From NCBI GenBank assembly GCA_036172245.1, contig JAYWIR010000041.1, forward strand, positions 682,001 to 746,000: a stretch of DNA of 64,000 bases, in the 5' to 3' direction. Within the stretch, counting starts at the first letter, position 1. Each line of letters starts with the position of its first letter. This DNA comes from Raillietiella orientalis. Taxonomy: Eukaryota. Below, piece by piece: positions 30,841 through 42,679 of this stretch. The notes under the pieces are model-generated. The model saw nothing but the letters and a program-made list of their open reading frames with translations, ran no database searches and was not told the DNA's origin. The translations under genes were made by a program, and so were the position numbers.

Positions 30841-31642
30841 AGCCTGTTTAAAATCTTCGTAACAGGAGAGAAATGAAGGAGAGGACAATCATCTGTAAGC
30901 TAGTGTTGAGTTTCCGCTTGCAGTTTTTCCACAATCGCCTGCACTTTTCCAACCAAGAAAAAGATCTCAACAACCCATCTTTTCGGCAATACTACTACAT
31001 TCGCACCAATGATAGCTTCTATTTGTGTTGCAAAGTTTTCTCCCGTGCATCAATCAGTGTGTTGTTGACTTCAGAGAGCTTTGCACTGTGCTTTAGCATT
31101 TTCGACCATTTTCACAGCACTGCTACGGTCATTTGCTTCTGCCGTTGTTACATAAATTGCATGTGGCAAACCTTGTGTATCAACTGCGATATGGCGCTTT
31201 ATACCTGAGGTCTTTTTACCTGCATCATAGCCCTTTTTTAGCAGTATCTGCGTTTTTAACGCTTTGAGAATCAATTATACAGAAACTAGTTTTCTCTTTC
31301 CGACCACTGCTGATACGGACCTCTCCAACGAATTTTTTTCAAGACTAATTCCAACAAGCTTGGCTCTTCTCCATTCTTTTTACTCCAAACTCGAAAATAG
31401 TAATATATGCTCTCTCATCTTGGAAAACCCACTGGTAACATCCTCCACTGACCGCCTTTTTAGACGTTCAACACTCCACAAAATACGTCATACAAATCAA
31501 GTTTTCTTGGTTTCGTTTTCTTCTTGCTACTCTCCAAAATTGCTCTCGACTCACATTACTTGGATAACTTTTCTGCATAGATAACCTCATTATTAATCTA
31601 TGCTTATTTTACCTCATCTCTTCGGGATTTTAAACAGGTTCT
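30841..31642 (-). mobile_element. Decayed IS5-family (IS1031 group, ISWpi1-like) insertion sequence
   Basis: Terminal inverted repeats AGCCTGTTTAAAATC (30841-30855) and GATTTTAAACAGGTTCT (31626-31642). OrfA starts at ATG 31578 (MQKSYPSNVSREQF, KKKTKPRKLDLYDVFCGV, QWRMLP), with an A7 slippery run near 31333-31339. OrfB has IIDSQSVKNADT, GYDAGKKTSGIKRHIAVDTQGLPHAI, VLPKRWVVE and WLEKCRRLWKNC...LLRRF* (stop 30848). Several frameshifts, stops and deletions. Confidence 0.93.
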
Positions 31643-31779
31643 TAGAAGGAGAAGAGATCAAAAAAGTTCTTTTTTAAAAAACTTAAGGTATAATATAAAT
31701 ATTTGATATCTTTTATAAGGAATTCGGCAAAAATTTGTTTAAAATGTTTCTTAAAAACATTTTCTTATGAATGATATAA

Positions 31780-33700
31780 GGTAGTATAATAAACAGCTGC
31801 GGTATTTTGACTGTGCTAAGGTAGCATAATAATTAGCTATTTCATTGATAGCATGAATGCCACCATACACCTTACAAATCATTCCCGCCCAATTCAAGAT
31901 CAAGGTAACTCCTTTGTGAGCTGATACGTGAACTATGAGTAATTCTGTTTCCCAATTTTCGGTCTCTTTGAAAGATACTGACAAATGGATGACTGATAAA
32001 TAAGACTGAAGATAGTAAAATAATAGGATGATAAATAAGATGATTAAATAACCTTGGAGATTCGGTGAATGCCCGAAGTGCTAAGGAAATTTTCAATAAT
32101 ACAATAATTCTTTCAAAAGCGTATTGTGTGAGTTGATATACTCAAAATCTAACCGAATATCATACTATGTTTATTCGTTTGCCTGTGACTTAAGTGACAC
32201 AGCCCAAAATCATTATCAGACCTTACATTTACGAGAGTAACCGAATGGACTTTCGGTAGAATAAGAATGGAGTTTTGATTTTTTAAAAGTTAAAGAGTTT
32301 TTATTTTATAATTCCGATTCCAACACCAGAAAGATAATTTTGAAATGAGACCGATTTTTTTTTTGCCATGATCTCACCATTGTATTCTACTGGAAACTCA
32401 TCTGAAGCACACACACTTCAAATGAGTAAGAAATCACAGTCTTTGTGAATGTCTTCGTGATGTGACAACGCACGAAAGACTCGTGCAAGTCATTACAAAG
32501 TTGATTATGAGGTGATTTTTGAAAGGCAGTACATTTCGAGAATCCTCGACTTTTTTTGGCTGAATGATTGGTGGGACTGATTACTTGCTTGAATAAGTTA
32601 AAGCTTAACTCATCCATTATCTCTAATAAATTTAAAGGGATGGAGTGAAAAACACTATCAGCATACGATTACTTCCTTCGTTATCAATGTTTGCATTCGG
32701 CGCCCCAATGCAATATGCCTTCTGGTAAATATTTCTCCGAGAAAGGCTGAAAAACACGCAACATTACATGCACGAAAATACTGTAAGATCCGGAAACATA
32801 CAAAATCATTAAATCGACATTTTTCCAAGAGATTGGGCATTTGAAAAAATGAAAACAAAATCAGTTTTAATAAAAATCTGCTAAGTATCAACTGCCAGGC
32901 GCAAAACATTATTCAACGATGACTTCAGGATAGAAGGAAATAAACCATATTAGATTGTAAGCACAGGCATATGTAATTAGTGATACGGAGACTACTCGAA
33001 GAGTAGAAGGAAATTCTTTGATAAAGGGAAAGAACCAATAAGTTCGCAGATAATGGGGAAGTGACAGCAATGTCGAACTGAGATTCTGAAAAATAGATTA
33101 ACGGTTTTGCTTCACATCAGTAACTAAAAAAACGATCCGGACAAGAGGATTTGGAATCATTCATACCTCATATACACAGCTATGAATTTACAAAAAAATC
33201 TACGTTGATGAACGGTCTATTACAACGACATCATTGAATGTAATGGAAATAATAAAATAAAAATTCCTATCAAGAAAAATAACTCAAAAGTAATGGTGCA
33301 ACGAGTAATATTTATAAGGTTGCCCAAATTGAAAACTGGTAAACAAAAAAAGGCGTTCTAATTTTTTGACCAAGGACGAACAATTCAGATGTGATTTATC
33401 CAAGCATCAACAGAGTAACAGCTCACTTTCATTAAAGGTCTTACACATGGTCTTTCACATTGAAGGTCTTACGCATGTAATTACAGAATTGGTTTTTATC
33501 TATTTGGAGGCTTTCACATGGGAAAAGCGACACATTTGATGTGAACGGAAAAAATCGAATAATTGCAAAGCTACCTTCAAACCACATTAGGCATATTTGT
33601 ACAGGGAGAGATTTCTGTATTAAATAGAATCGAAACATACGTCCACCTCTTTAGTTTTCTTTTAGGCACAGGTAGGCAATCATTTATAAAGTCCAAGTCC
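31780..33700 (-). mobile_element. Decayed non-LTR retrotransposon remnant (RT plus RNase H-like)
   Basis: Minus-strand fragments in order: VDVCFDSI*YRNLSLYKYA*CGLK..LFDFF (cf. D..KAFD.V.H..LLYKL...G), LKSSLNNV / FCAWQL, then KISLALRAF, HPFVSIFQ..LGNRIT and VHVSAHKG (cf. RNase H WVPAHxG). Confidence 0.45.
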
Positions 33701-34104
33701 CTACAATCACCAGTAAACAAGTCAGGCTCCTTCCGGATTTTAGTAACACAAAAAATTATTAGACTACTTAAAATGTTGAATTTAAATGAACAATTGCATG
33801 TGCTTTTCCTTTTGGGTATTTGTGTGTAGTATTTACGCCATTCTAGCAAGGGAAATGAAAAATGAGAAAACTAACGAATTCGGATCACTCACAATTACCA
33901 TAGGATAGCAAATAAATATTCTTTACATACAGCATCATTCAGTGTCATGACTGACACCTAAATATCGTATGCCAGAAATGATAATACAATAAATCGAACA
34001 TTCACAAAAAGCAATGTATTATTACCTCTTTTCTAATTTTATTCAGGACTGATCTTTTTCGCAATTTTCACTTAAAAGTGCCATGGCAATATAATTGCAA
34101 TAAT

Positions 34105-37100
34105 TTACTCTGGGATTGGGTTCCTAACTGAATTCTTGATCTTGGATTTGCTATGTTGCTGTTGTTTAGTATTGTGTTTCAAAATCAATGAAAATGCTTG
34201 ATGATTTGAAATCTTTTTACCAAGCCTTTTTCGAGTCTTTTTTGGTGCATCATAAATCGTGAATGTGGACTCATCTTTCAGAAGTGGCTTTTTTGGGTTG
34301 GTTGAAGCATAATAACGATTTCTTGATCGTTTATAATTGGTAACTTGGAGCAATGTCTTTTTTGGGGGGTCACTTTTTTTAAGACCACTTGACTGAACAT
34401 GCTTATTCTCTTTTTTCTACAACACAAGTAATCGATCCATATCCAATTTGCGATGCCTTTTTACCTGAGAATTTTTTTTCTCCTTCTTCAAATGATTTTT
34501 GATAAACACTTTTCTGGCTGTCCTTTCAGTATTAAGTGACTTTTTCTGAACAAGTGCTGGATTTTCATCAGCCTGCTCACCTATAACCTAAAAGAAGAAA
34601 CTTACATTGAAATTCATTAGTTTTATTAACATGAGTGAAAAAGCAAAATTTTTGCGGAAGCAAACTCAATTCCAAATCAGTACATTCTTGCATTTTGTGC
34701 TCAAGTATTGATTGCATATGTTGAAAAACATACTGGAAAAATTGTTTGTTTTCTCAAAGAATGCCACCTCATACACTCATAAAATGTGCTAATTAACTTT
34801 ATATGAGTTCCATACATAAAAATCACGAAATGAAATTCTTGCAAATTAGAAGATGGTCATCAAGTACTTGTTAGCAAAGTTCCAATACAATTACTAATTA
34901 CAAATACCACAAACAGCCCACCACACTAAAGAAAACCAACACAATGATACTAACAGTGAATTAATGCAACAGTCTAATTCAATAATTTTGAATATTGGTT
35001 CTTAGTTAAGCAATTCAAATTTACTGATTATGGGATCCATGGACTTACATTGCTCATTGAATAATCAATGCCTAGTGATTTGAGTTTTCCATTTAGTAAC
35101 CTTAGTCGTTTAAGTTGAACCATACGCAATTTCTTTAGCTTTGCAGGAGTTTTGTTTTGGTTATGTCGTTCTCTTGCTATTTTCCTCCTTTTGTTGAAAT
35201 ATTTTGTGAAATCTTTGAATAGACTTCTGTGCAATTTTTGTTTTTTGAAAAGCTTACCTGGAATAAAAAGAGCAAAACTTTTTTCTACTGACCACCCTGT
35301 CTTTGTAGCTTGTGAGCAAACAGGTATATGATTATAAAGTATCAGAAATGAAATTACACAAAAACTTTGCAAACAACTTTTTAAACGTCCCATAAAAAAA
35401 TTCAGGAATTCAACCAATAACCTATTATACATTTCATGGTTCATCATATCCTTTATTTACCAAGCCATCCAAAGAATATTAAAAGAATTCCTGCAGCCTT
35501 CTTTCTCATTAGAAAACCCTTTCTAACATATTTTCAGTTTGAAACAGTGAGTAACTTAACACAATTACCTTCATAAAATCATAAATTCTTTACACAAACC
35601 AGCTTTTATTCCACAAAAGATTGTAATTACAAGAAAAGAACTGTTGTAAAAATCTGCTTTCCATTTGAAATTCAGGCTAGGTTGTTTTTTGTACATGGAA
35701 ATGCAATTAAGAAATAAAAATACCAAATGATTACTCAGATAACAAGAAACTTGTAAGTTCTTCAATTTCTGTACAATACTCTGGGATATACAGAATTTCA
35801 AAATGCTACTTGCTGGGTGAAAAACGAACTTTACTTCATGATTGGAGAGAGGGATATGAGACAAAGAGGCTTTTCTCATGACCATTCAAAAAATTCAGCT
35901 ACTGCTAAAATGCTTCCTTTCAACTTTTACTGACTTGAACTAAAATACTTCCTTAAACTGACGAGTGTCTAACTTTTATTCATATAATACAATGGGGTTG
36001 GTCAATTACAGATATGAAAATTCCTGTAGTTTACAGAATTACATGAGCCTCAATCCTTTTTAACGTCTTATGATCAGAAAAATTTCACAGGAAAGACATA
36101 TAATGGTTTGGCTGAATCCAAATACCAAAACTTAATGTTTTCACTAGGCTAATAAAATCATATTTCAGAACTATAAGATATAACTATGCAACCTTGTAAC
36201 CTGAAGCATTTCTAGTTTCCAATGCTTACAGCTATAGCATATGTTGCTGGACTACCAACAAAAAGTGGAGAATTTAAAACACACAAGAAATGTCATTGTA
36301 AGTGATATGAAATTTTTTATTTCAGTTATGCTGAAATCTGCAGCTAGTGTAAGAGAGAGAAAAAAAAAAAACCTTTGGTAACACATCTGGCTAATGAAAA
36401 ATTTTGATGAGTTAAAAGGTAACTTTTAAGGGAAGTTCCTCATCCAAGACATGGATGTTGAATTTCTTCTGTTCTAAAAATTAAGTATACAAACATATTC
36501 AGCTGTTACCATCAATCTACAGCAATATATGAAATTACAAGATGAAACATGTTGCAAATCTCTTTGACTAAGGATCACAAACTGATTTTTTAATTGTACA
36601 TTTTCTTGAAGGATGTCTTAGAACAAAATTACTAGATATTACAATCTAGATGGGTAACTGCCATCACAATCACTGTCATAGCACTGCTATCTTAGAGAAT
36701 TACTTTTTCTTTTTCAAACATAGATCTAAACTTCAATTTAAAACTGATACTCTGATTTTGCATCAACTATTCTGAGGCCTCTTCAAGTCCACAGTTTTCA
36801 GTTCTTACATTTTTCACTTTCTTCAAATTGTCAACAAGATTTATTACTTAATGCTGTACTATGGGGATAAAGTAATTCCACATTGCACTAGATGATGGAA
36901 ATGCAACCAATGGAAACTACTGTACTACGTATGTAAAAACAATCATCCACTTAAAATATCTTCATAATGTACTACTTGTGAATATTATGTATAATATAGT
37001 GCACCACTGCTATCCAAAGGAATGCTCTGGTCAAAGCAAATTAAGTTTACTACAATGTGTAATTAGAATGCCAATACAAATCAACAGAAATTTTTGATCT

Positions 37101-38031
37101 TACTACCAACATAAAAGGACAACATAAGTTACAATTTAATCCTAGCTTTGTAACCAATTTTCAAATACAAGACTGAGCTGGGTTGATATCAAGTGTTAGA
37201 TACAAAATGCTACTTTATTTGGAAACCTTGTGGATTTTGTGCCAAGATATATACTCGATATAAACTCCTACCATTCAGAAGAATGCATAGAATTCTTCTA
37301 ATAAGAAACACCAGTGAGCAAGTCATATGTAGATAGTCAAACTTACATTCCAAAAGTAAAGCAACATTCGAATGTAATTTTAACACTGGCCTTTGAAACA
37401 CCTGAACTTTTGAAAAATAAAACCAAAGTACAAAACAACGAAAGAAAAAATGCTGGTGCAAAAATAAAACAGAAAACCGCGAAACTGAGAAATGTACGTA
37501 TGAAATTATCACTAAAAGAATCAATGTTCTGTCTTTTGATTAAGTAAAATTTGGACCCGAAATAAAGGAAAGAAATTGTACACAGATTACCACCTATTAT
37601 ATTAATTGAACGTGCACTCAAATCATTTTACTCAAGATTTATGAATTGCAAACTTTTTGATTCGAACGCTTTTAGATTTTCTAAGTACTTACATTTCAAG
37701 AGCTTATTATACATTAAATAATTGTTCATTGTGTCTGCCACTACTTTCGCAACACCTTCCTCTTCAAATTCTACGTATGCATAGCCTTTGCTTCTACCTG
37801 TCTAATAGAACAAACCTGTAAACTATTGTAATATGCTGAACAATTGGCACATACCTTTCTGCTTTTTGCCAATCGCAATCGCATTACTCTACCAAATTGT
37901 GAAAAATACTGCTTCATTTCACGCTCATAAAATCCATGAGGAATCTGTTTTAAAATAATAACCCGTGAGTCAGTTTTTCCGGGATTCCCGGATAATAATA
38001 ATTTGGATCTATGCACCTTTGGCTCGCTCAT
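34105..38031 (-). CDS. NIFK: MKI67 FHA-domain-interacting nucleolar phosphoprotein / Nop15-like RRM protein; exons 38031-37855, 37801-37693, 35257-35049, 34587-34465, 34416-34105 (true start may lie further upstream)
   Basis: [76 protein letters not shown], then ...KLKSLGIDY and a basic low-complexity tail. Frame-consistent GT-AG introns. Confidence 0.9.
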
Positions 38032-41000
38032 TTTTCGCACTTTACGTTTTGCAATGCACTATCATGCGTAAAGATCACATTTTCAACTACAAGATGCACT
38101 ATTACCAAAGCAAATTATTTCGAAACTTAGTTCAGTGATGAATAAGCTACTTCAATATGCATCATTCAAATTAGTGCATCATTACCTATTAATTTGTTGG
38201 GAAAATAAACCATATGGAAGTTGATAGAATTTAATCCAAAAGCTCATTTTTTATTCAGTAGTAGTAAAGAATGAATTTCAGTAAATTATGTTTGCTACAT
38301 AGAATCAAAGTACAAGGCATAAAATAGGTAGCGTAATATACTAACTGATATATAGATATGAACTGTTACTACTTCGATTTAAAGTAAAATTCATAAATAC
38401 ATACTTGTGAAAGGGAAGCATCAGAAAAGCGGCTCAATTACGTTCTTTCAAGGTTATTGTTGATTCATTAACTCAGCATTCATCAAAATATTGTGTCATA
38501 TTATTATCTGTTTATCATTAAGTGGTAATGAAAGGAAACAGATATTATAATTTGAGTATTTTACAGTAGCAAACAGTCCTTTTACGAATAAATGTGGACA
38601 GAGCATAAAGCCAAGGATAGAGATGTAAAGACTTTAACTATTACTAGAAAGACGAATTAGTTGAGAATTCAAAATAATTGGAATTCATATTATCTATATT
38701 GAGGTATGAAGTGGTAGATTTCAAATAATTTGTTTGCAAAGTAAACTCAAAATGTTTAGTAAAGCAATTAATTTTATTAATTGGAAGACACCTCAATAAA
38801 TGTATTTTGAGATTTTTTCGTATAACACAATTATTTTGTTTTTATTTCTTTGGTGTAAAAGGTATCAAATCTCTCAAAACAATGTACTCGCTTAGCTACC
38901 AGCATTAGACGTGCCAATTATCTGCAAATAGACAAGGATACTGCGTCCGATAAGAACTGAAGCTATATAAATAAGAGCTGAAGCTGCTCTTCGGTTACTA
39001 AAAAGCAAAGGAAAACTGTGCACTTAAAACAGAAAAGTAAACGCTTACTTCAGAAAATAAAAACAATGGATGAACGAAAGAAGACACGCTTCAAATTATC
39101 AAGACTTTCAATTTAAAAAAGTTATAAACAAGTTTACCATATGTAGAAAGTCATTAGAGACTGGAAATTTGATAATGTCATTTATGACGAATAGGAGCTG
39201 AAAGTTAGAAAAAAAAGGGATTCAGAAAGAAAGATCTAACACGACCATAGAAATAAGGATGGAGAAGAATCAACTTGACACTAATAATTTAGTAATCTGT
39301 AAGCCTTATCTTTGTATAAATAGCAGTTTAAACATACAGTTCAACATGATAAAAGTGGACATGCAGGACCTGATGAATACTACTTAACATATAATAAATT
39401 ATCAGGAAAGAAATCTATTAGTCATACAATAAAGGGATATTTAAAAATTTAGGTAATGAATCAGTTTGTGTAATTTTTGCATTCGATTATGAGAATCCCA
39501 GAAATGACGATTAAATATGTCTTTGCTTTTATGGTTTCTCAGGAGATAGGAAAAAATAAATTTTATTTTTCTTCTACTTCCTGATAAACTTCATTTATGA
39601 AGAAAAGCACGTGAAAAATATGTAGCTTCAAAGAAAGAGCTGACAATGTTCACTGTATTCAGAATCAATTTTTGTTCACAAATTCCAATTGTAGTCAGAA
39701 AAGACATGCTAATAAAGATTAATAATGTAATGCTAACGAGCGTGCATAAAATGATATACATTTGGGTATGATTGATACATGTATTACAATCACGAAAACT
39801 GCTTTTGAATATGTTGAAAATTGCCAGCTTTATATATGGCAACACATAAAATGATGGAGATAGATAGATGGATAGATAGATATAGATACATAAATACCGA
39901 TATCTCTTTATCTTTAGATTGCAAACTCTACAGGGAGCCTTGTTCATTTTCTTTTCTTTAATCTTTGATTCTGAACTATTAAACCAATATAGTCCTGTTT
40001 CTTTTCCTATTGCATCTAAACGAAACGTAACTCCGTTCCCGGTTAATGAACTATAGCTGATTTCTGTCGTTGCAGAAAATCTAAAGGGTCTTTGTTCTTA
40101 AGTATTCAACTTGTGTCACAACAAAATTAATGTAAAACAAAAGAGACAGAATGAGAAATACCCTGAAACCTCTTGGAGAACGTACTCATAGATGACATAA
40201 TCAAATGTGCATAATTTGCGCAATTCCGGACGAGAAAAATTGGTTTCCCCTTTGTTTTTCACGTTTCTCTTATTTCCAGTCACCTGTTCAAAATTGTGAA
40301 AGATAATTTATCAAATCCTCTTTTCAATGACTATTTTTATTAACAGCATCATGAAAAAATCTACTTTGCGCCTGGATACCTCAATAATATTTCGGTTAGA
40401 GTAAGGACGTGTCTGAATTTAGCCCAAAGGTCTGAGTTCAGCAACTTCGTGATTTTCTGTGAATGTCTTCTCTTTCACATAATAAGGCAAAAGGATAAGT
40501 GAAACGTGCAATGAGGAATTAGGTGACATAATAAAGGGATAAAGACGGTACTGGTCATTTTGGTTATATTGATCTCTTTTAACATTATAATCCTACAGAT
40601 CAAGCTGAACATCTGGAAAACTATCTCATTCCTTATGACCTGCTGAATGGAATCTTGAGATACAAAGTAAGCAGACGTGAATTTCTTTTCTTTCATCTAT
40701 TTGACAAAGAATCCCTTTAACTTCCTATGGACCTTCAAATTTTCAAGGTGACTGAGGTAAACTGAGGCAGCTTGGAATCATTTAATTGAAAAAGAACAAA
40801 ACCAGTAAAAGTGGCTTTTCCCGGACTCTCAGAGGAGAAAACATTTATAATGTTAAACGCTTACACATTCTTCGTTGTTATGAAAAAAAAAATCAAAAAT
40901 ACTCAACAGGGGAAGTAACCAAGAAACAAATATTTCTGCCCCCAGTGTTCAAAAAATTATAACAAGCGTAATCACCTTTTCCTTCACTGTGACATGAAAA

Positions 41001-41046
41001 CAACGGAATTCTTTCTGAGCTGAAAGAATCCATTGCTTCGTTCAGA

Positions 41047-42099
41047 ATGAATAGTCTTCACGTCCACATTCCTCAGCAAATCAACCAAGTGCGTTGCCGA
41101 TTGGATCACTCTGCAGATGGTTCCACACCTCCATGCTTATACAGTGAAAAATTCTACGAGAAACCAAAAGCGTTTGATACAAAAACGAACATCCACAACT
41201 TGTCGTATGAACCTGCACATCACTACCGAGCTTTCCCTGAAATGGGACCTTATGGACATGTCTGGAACAATATGGCAATGAATCCCAATGCGTTTGTTCA
41301 ATATCCTTCTTACATGGGAGACCAGCAACCTCATCAGAGGGATTTGCAATGCAATCCTTATGGCTCATATGATAATTGCATGAATTATTATCCTCAGTGT
41401 GCTTGTTGCTGCATCCAGAATTTGGAACAAGGTTCCATATGCGAGAGTAATCCTCCCAAAGAACACAACACCAATGATAATCAGCCGAACTTGTGTTCCA
41501 GTGTCTGCTGTGGCGGCTCTATGAATACAGCACCAGTAAGCTATCCCTTACCGAACTTGCCTCCGGTACGAGGAAATTGTCGTCCCCAGGAAGTTAAAGA
41601 ATACATCGAGCGTAATCGACCGGATCGAATGGTATGCAGCCCGCTGCTAAAGTTGAGGAGTAAGCATAAGTGCAAGAAATCTCACACAAACCAGAACTGT
41701 TGCCAATGCAAACCGACCGATGACAGGAAAAGTGAAGTGCACAGTCCAAATCAAGAAGACTCTAAACTGGAGGAATCGGCTCAGAGGAAAACGCCTTCAG
41801 AGGATAATTCGATGGCGGCAAACACTAAGATCGAAATAGGAGATCCTCCTCTTGTGGACGCCAGAGACGAGGATCCACCGAAACCCTCATCCCCGAAAAA
41901 TCCCGTGACAATACCAAAAGCATCAACAAGAATCAGAAGTGATTCTATACCCAAATTCGATTCGAACGCGGATGAAAATCAGGACGAATTTGTTACAAAC
42001 TTCAAGTTTCTCAGAGAGGAATTTTCCAAGTTCTGCGAAAAAGCTAAGATTAGAAGTCTTCTTGAGGATTTTATCAAAGAAAACCAAATATCCGAATGA
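41047..42099 (+). CDS. Intronless 350-aa protein of unknown function (Cys/Pro/Asn/Gln-rich, largely disordered, helical C-terminus)
   Basis: 1053-nt ORF, much more GC-rich than its flanks. The ATG is preceded by an acceptor-like TTCAG|A. No family recognised. Confidence 0.6.
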   Translation: MNSLHVHIPQQINQVRCRLDHSADGSTPPCLYSEKFYEKPKAFDTKTNIHNLSYEPAHHYRAFPEMGPYGHVWNNMAMNPNAFVQYPSYMGDQQPHQRDLQCNPYGSYDNCMNYYPQCACCCIQNLEQGSICESNPPKEHNTNDNQPNLCSSVCCGGSMNTAPVSYPLPNLPPVRGNCRPQEVKEYIERNRPDRMVCSPLLKLRSKHKCKKSHTNQNCCQCKPTDDRKSEVHSPNQEDSKLEESAQRKTPSEDNSMAANTKIEIGDPPLVDARDEDPPKPSSPKNPVTIPKASTRIRSDSIPKFDSNADENQDEFVTNFKFLREEFSKFCEKAKIRSLLEDFIKENQISE

Positions 42100-42679
42100 A
42101 AGACCAGGAAGCTATTGCAGGAACTGCACCTTTGTCAGAGAACACGGAACTGCAGCGTAGATCCCAACGCACGAAATAGATAGTTGCACGATGAGATATT
42201 TCAGATTATACTACTAGATACTGTTTTGTTATGTTATCGCAATGCATGTGTTATAATTTCATTTTTTTTGTATCTCCAGCGGTTCAAAGGAAAAAAAACG
42301 TTCCTACCCCCATCGCTACATCTTTTCATTCACATCACCTGAGAATTTTGGTTTTCACGTCAGTGAGCTGACTGCTCCCTGTTTTTTTCTGACTCAAATA
42401 ATAAGAAAAATATTTTCATTACATCATCACTTTGAATAAAACCGATTGTGTTTCTATAAAGGTATCAACTTGTAGGACTAGACTGCTATCGCTTGCTGAT
42501 ATCTTCGAAGACTTTCTGTCTTCTTTTAAGAGAGCACGCATGCCCTTTAAGACTTGCATCTTTCAACAAACTGGTGCTGATCGTTCCAAGGACTTTCAGA
42601 AGCCCCTCCATTTCAGAAGGCTCTTAATGACGTTCTTTCGAATATGAACATGTAGAAAAGAAGGATTATTTATGCTCCT

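Noticed and set aside
30321..31645. Whole window as a bacterial contig or simple contamination
   Set aside because: Both flanks carry spliced eukaryotic genes and the bacterial pieces are truncated and decayed. A local misassembly still needs read-level exclusion.
42097..42099. Selenocysteine recoding of the orphan ORF's TGA
   Set aside because: No SECIS-like hairpin or redox motif could be identified by eye.
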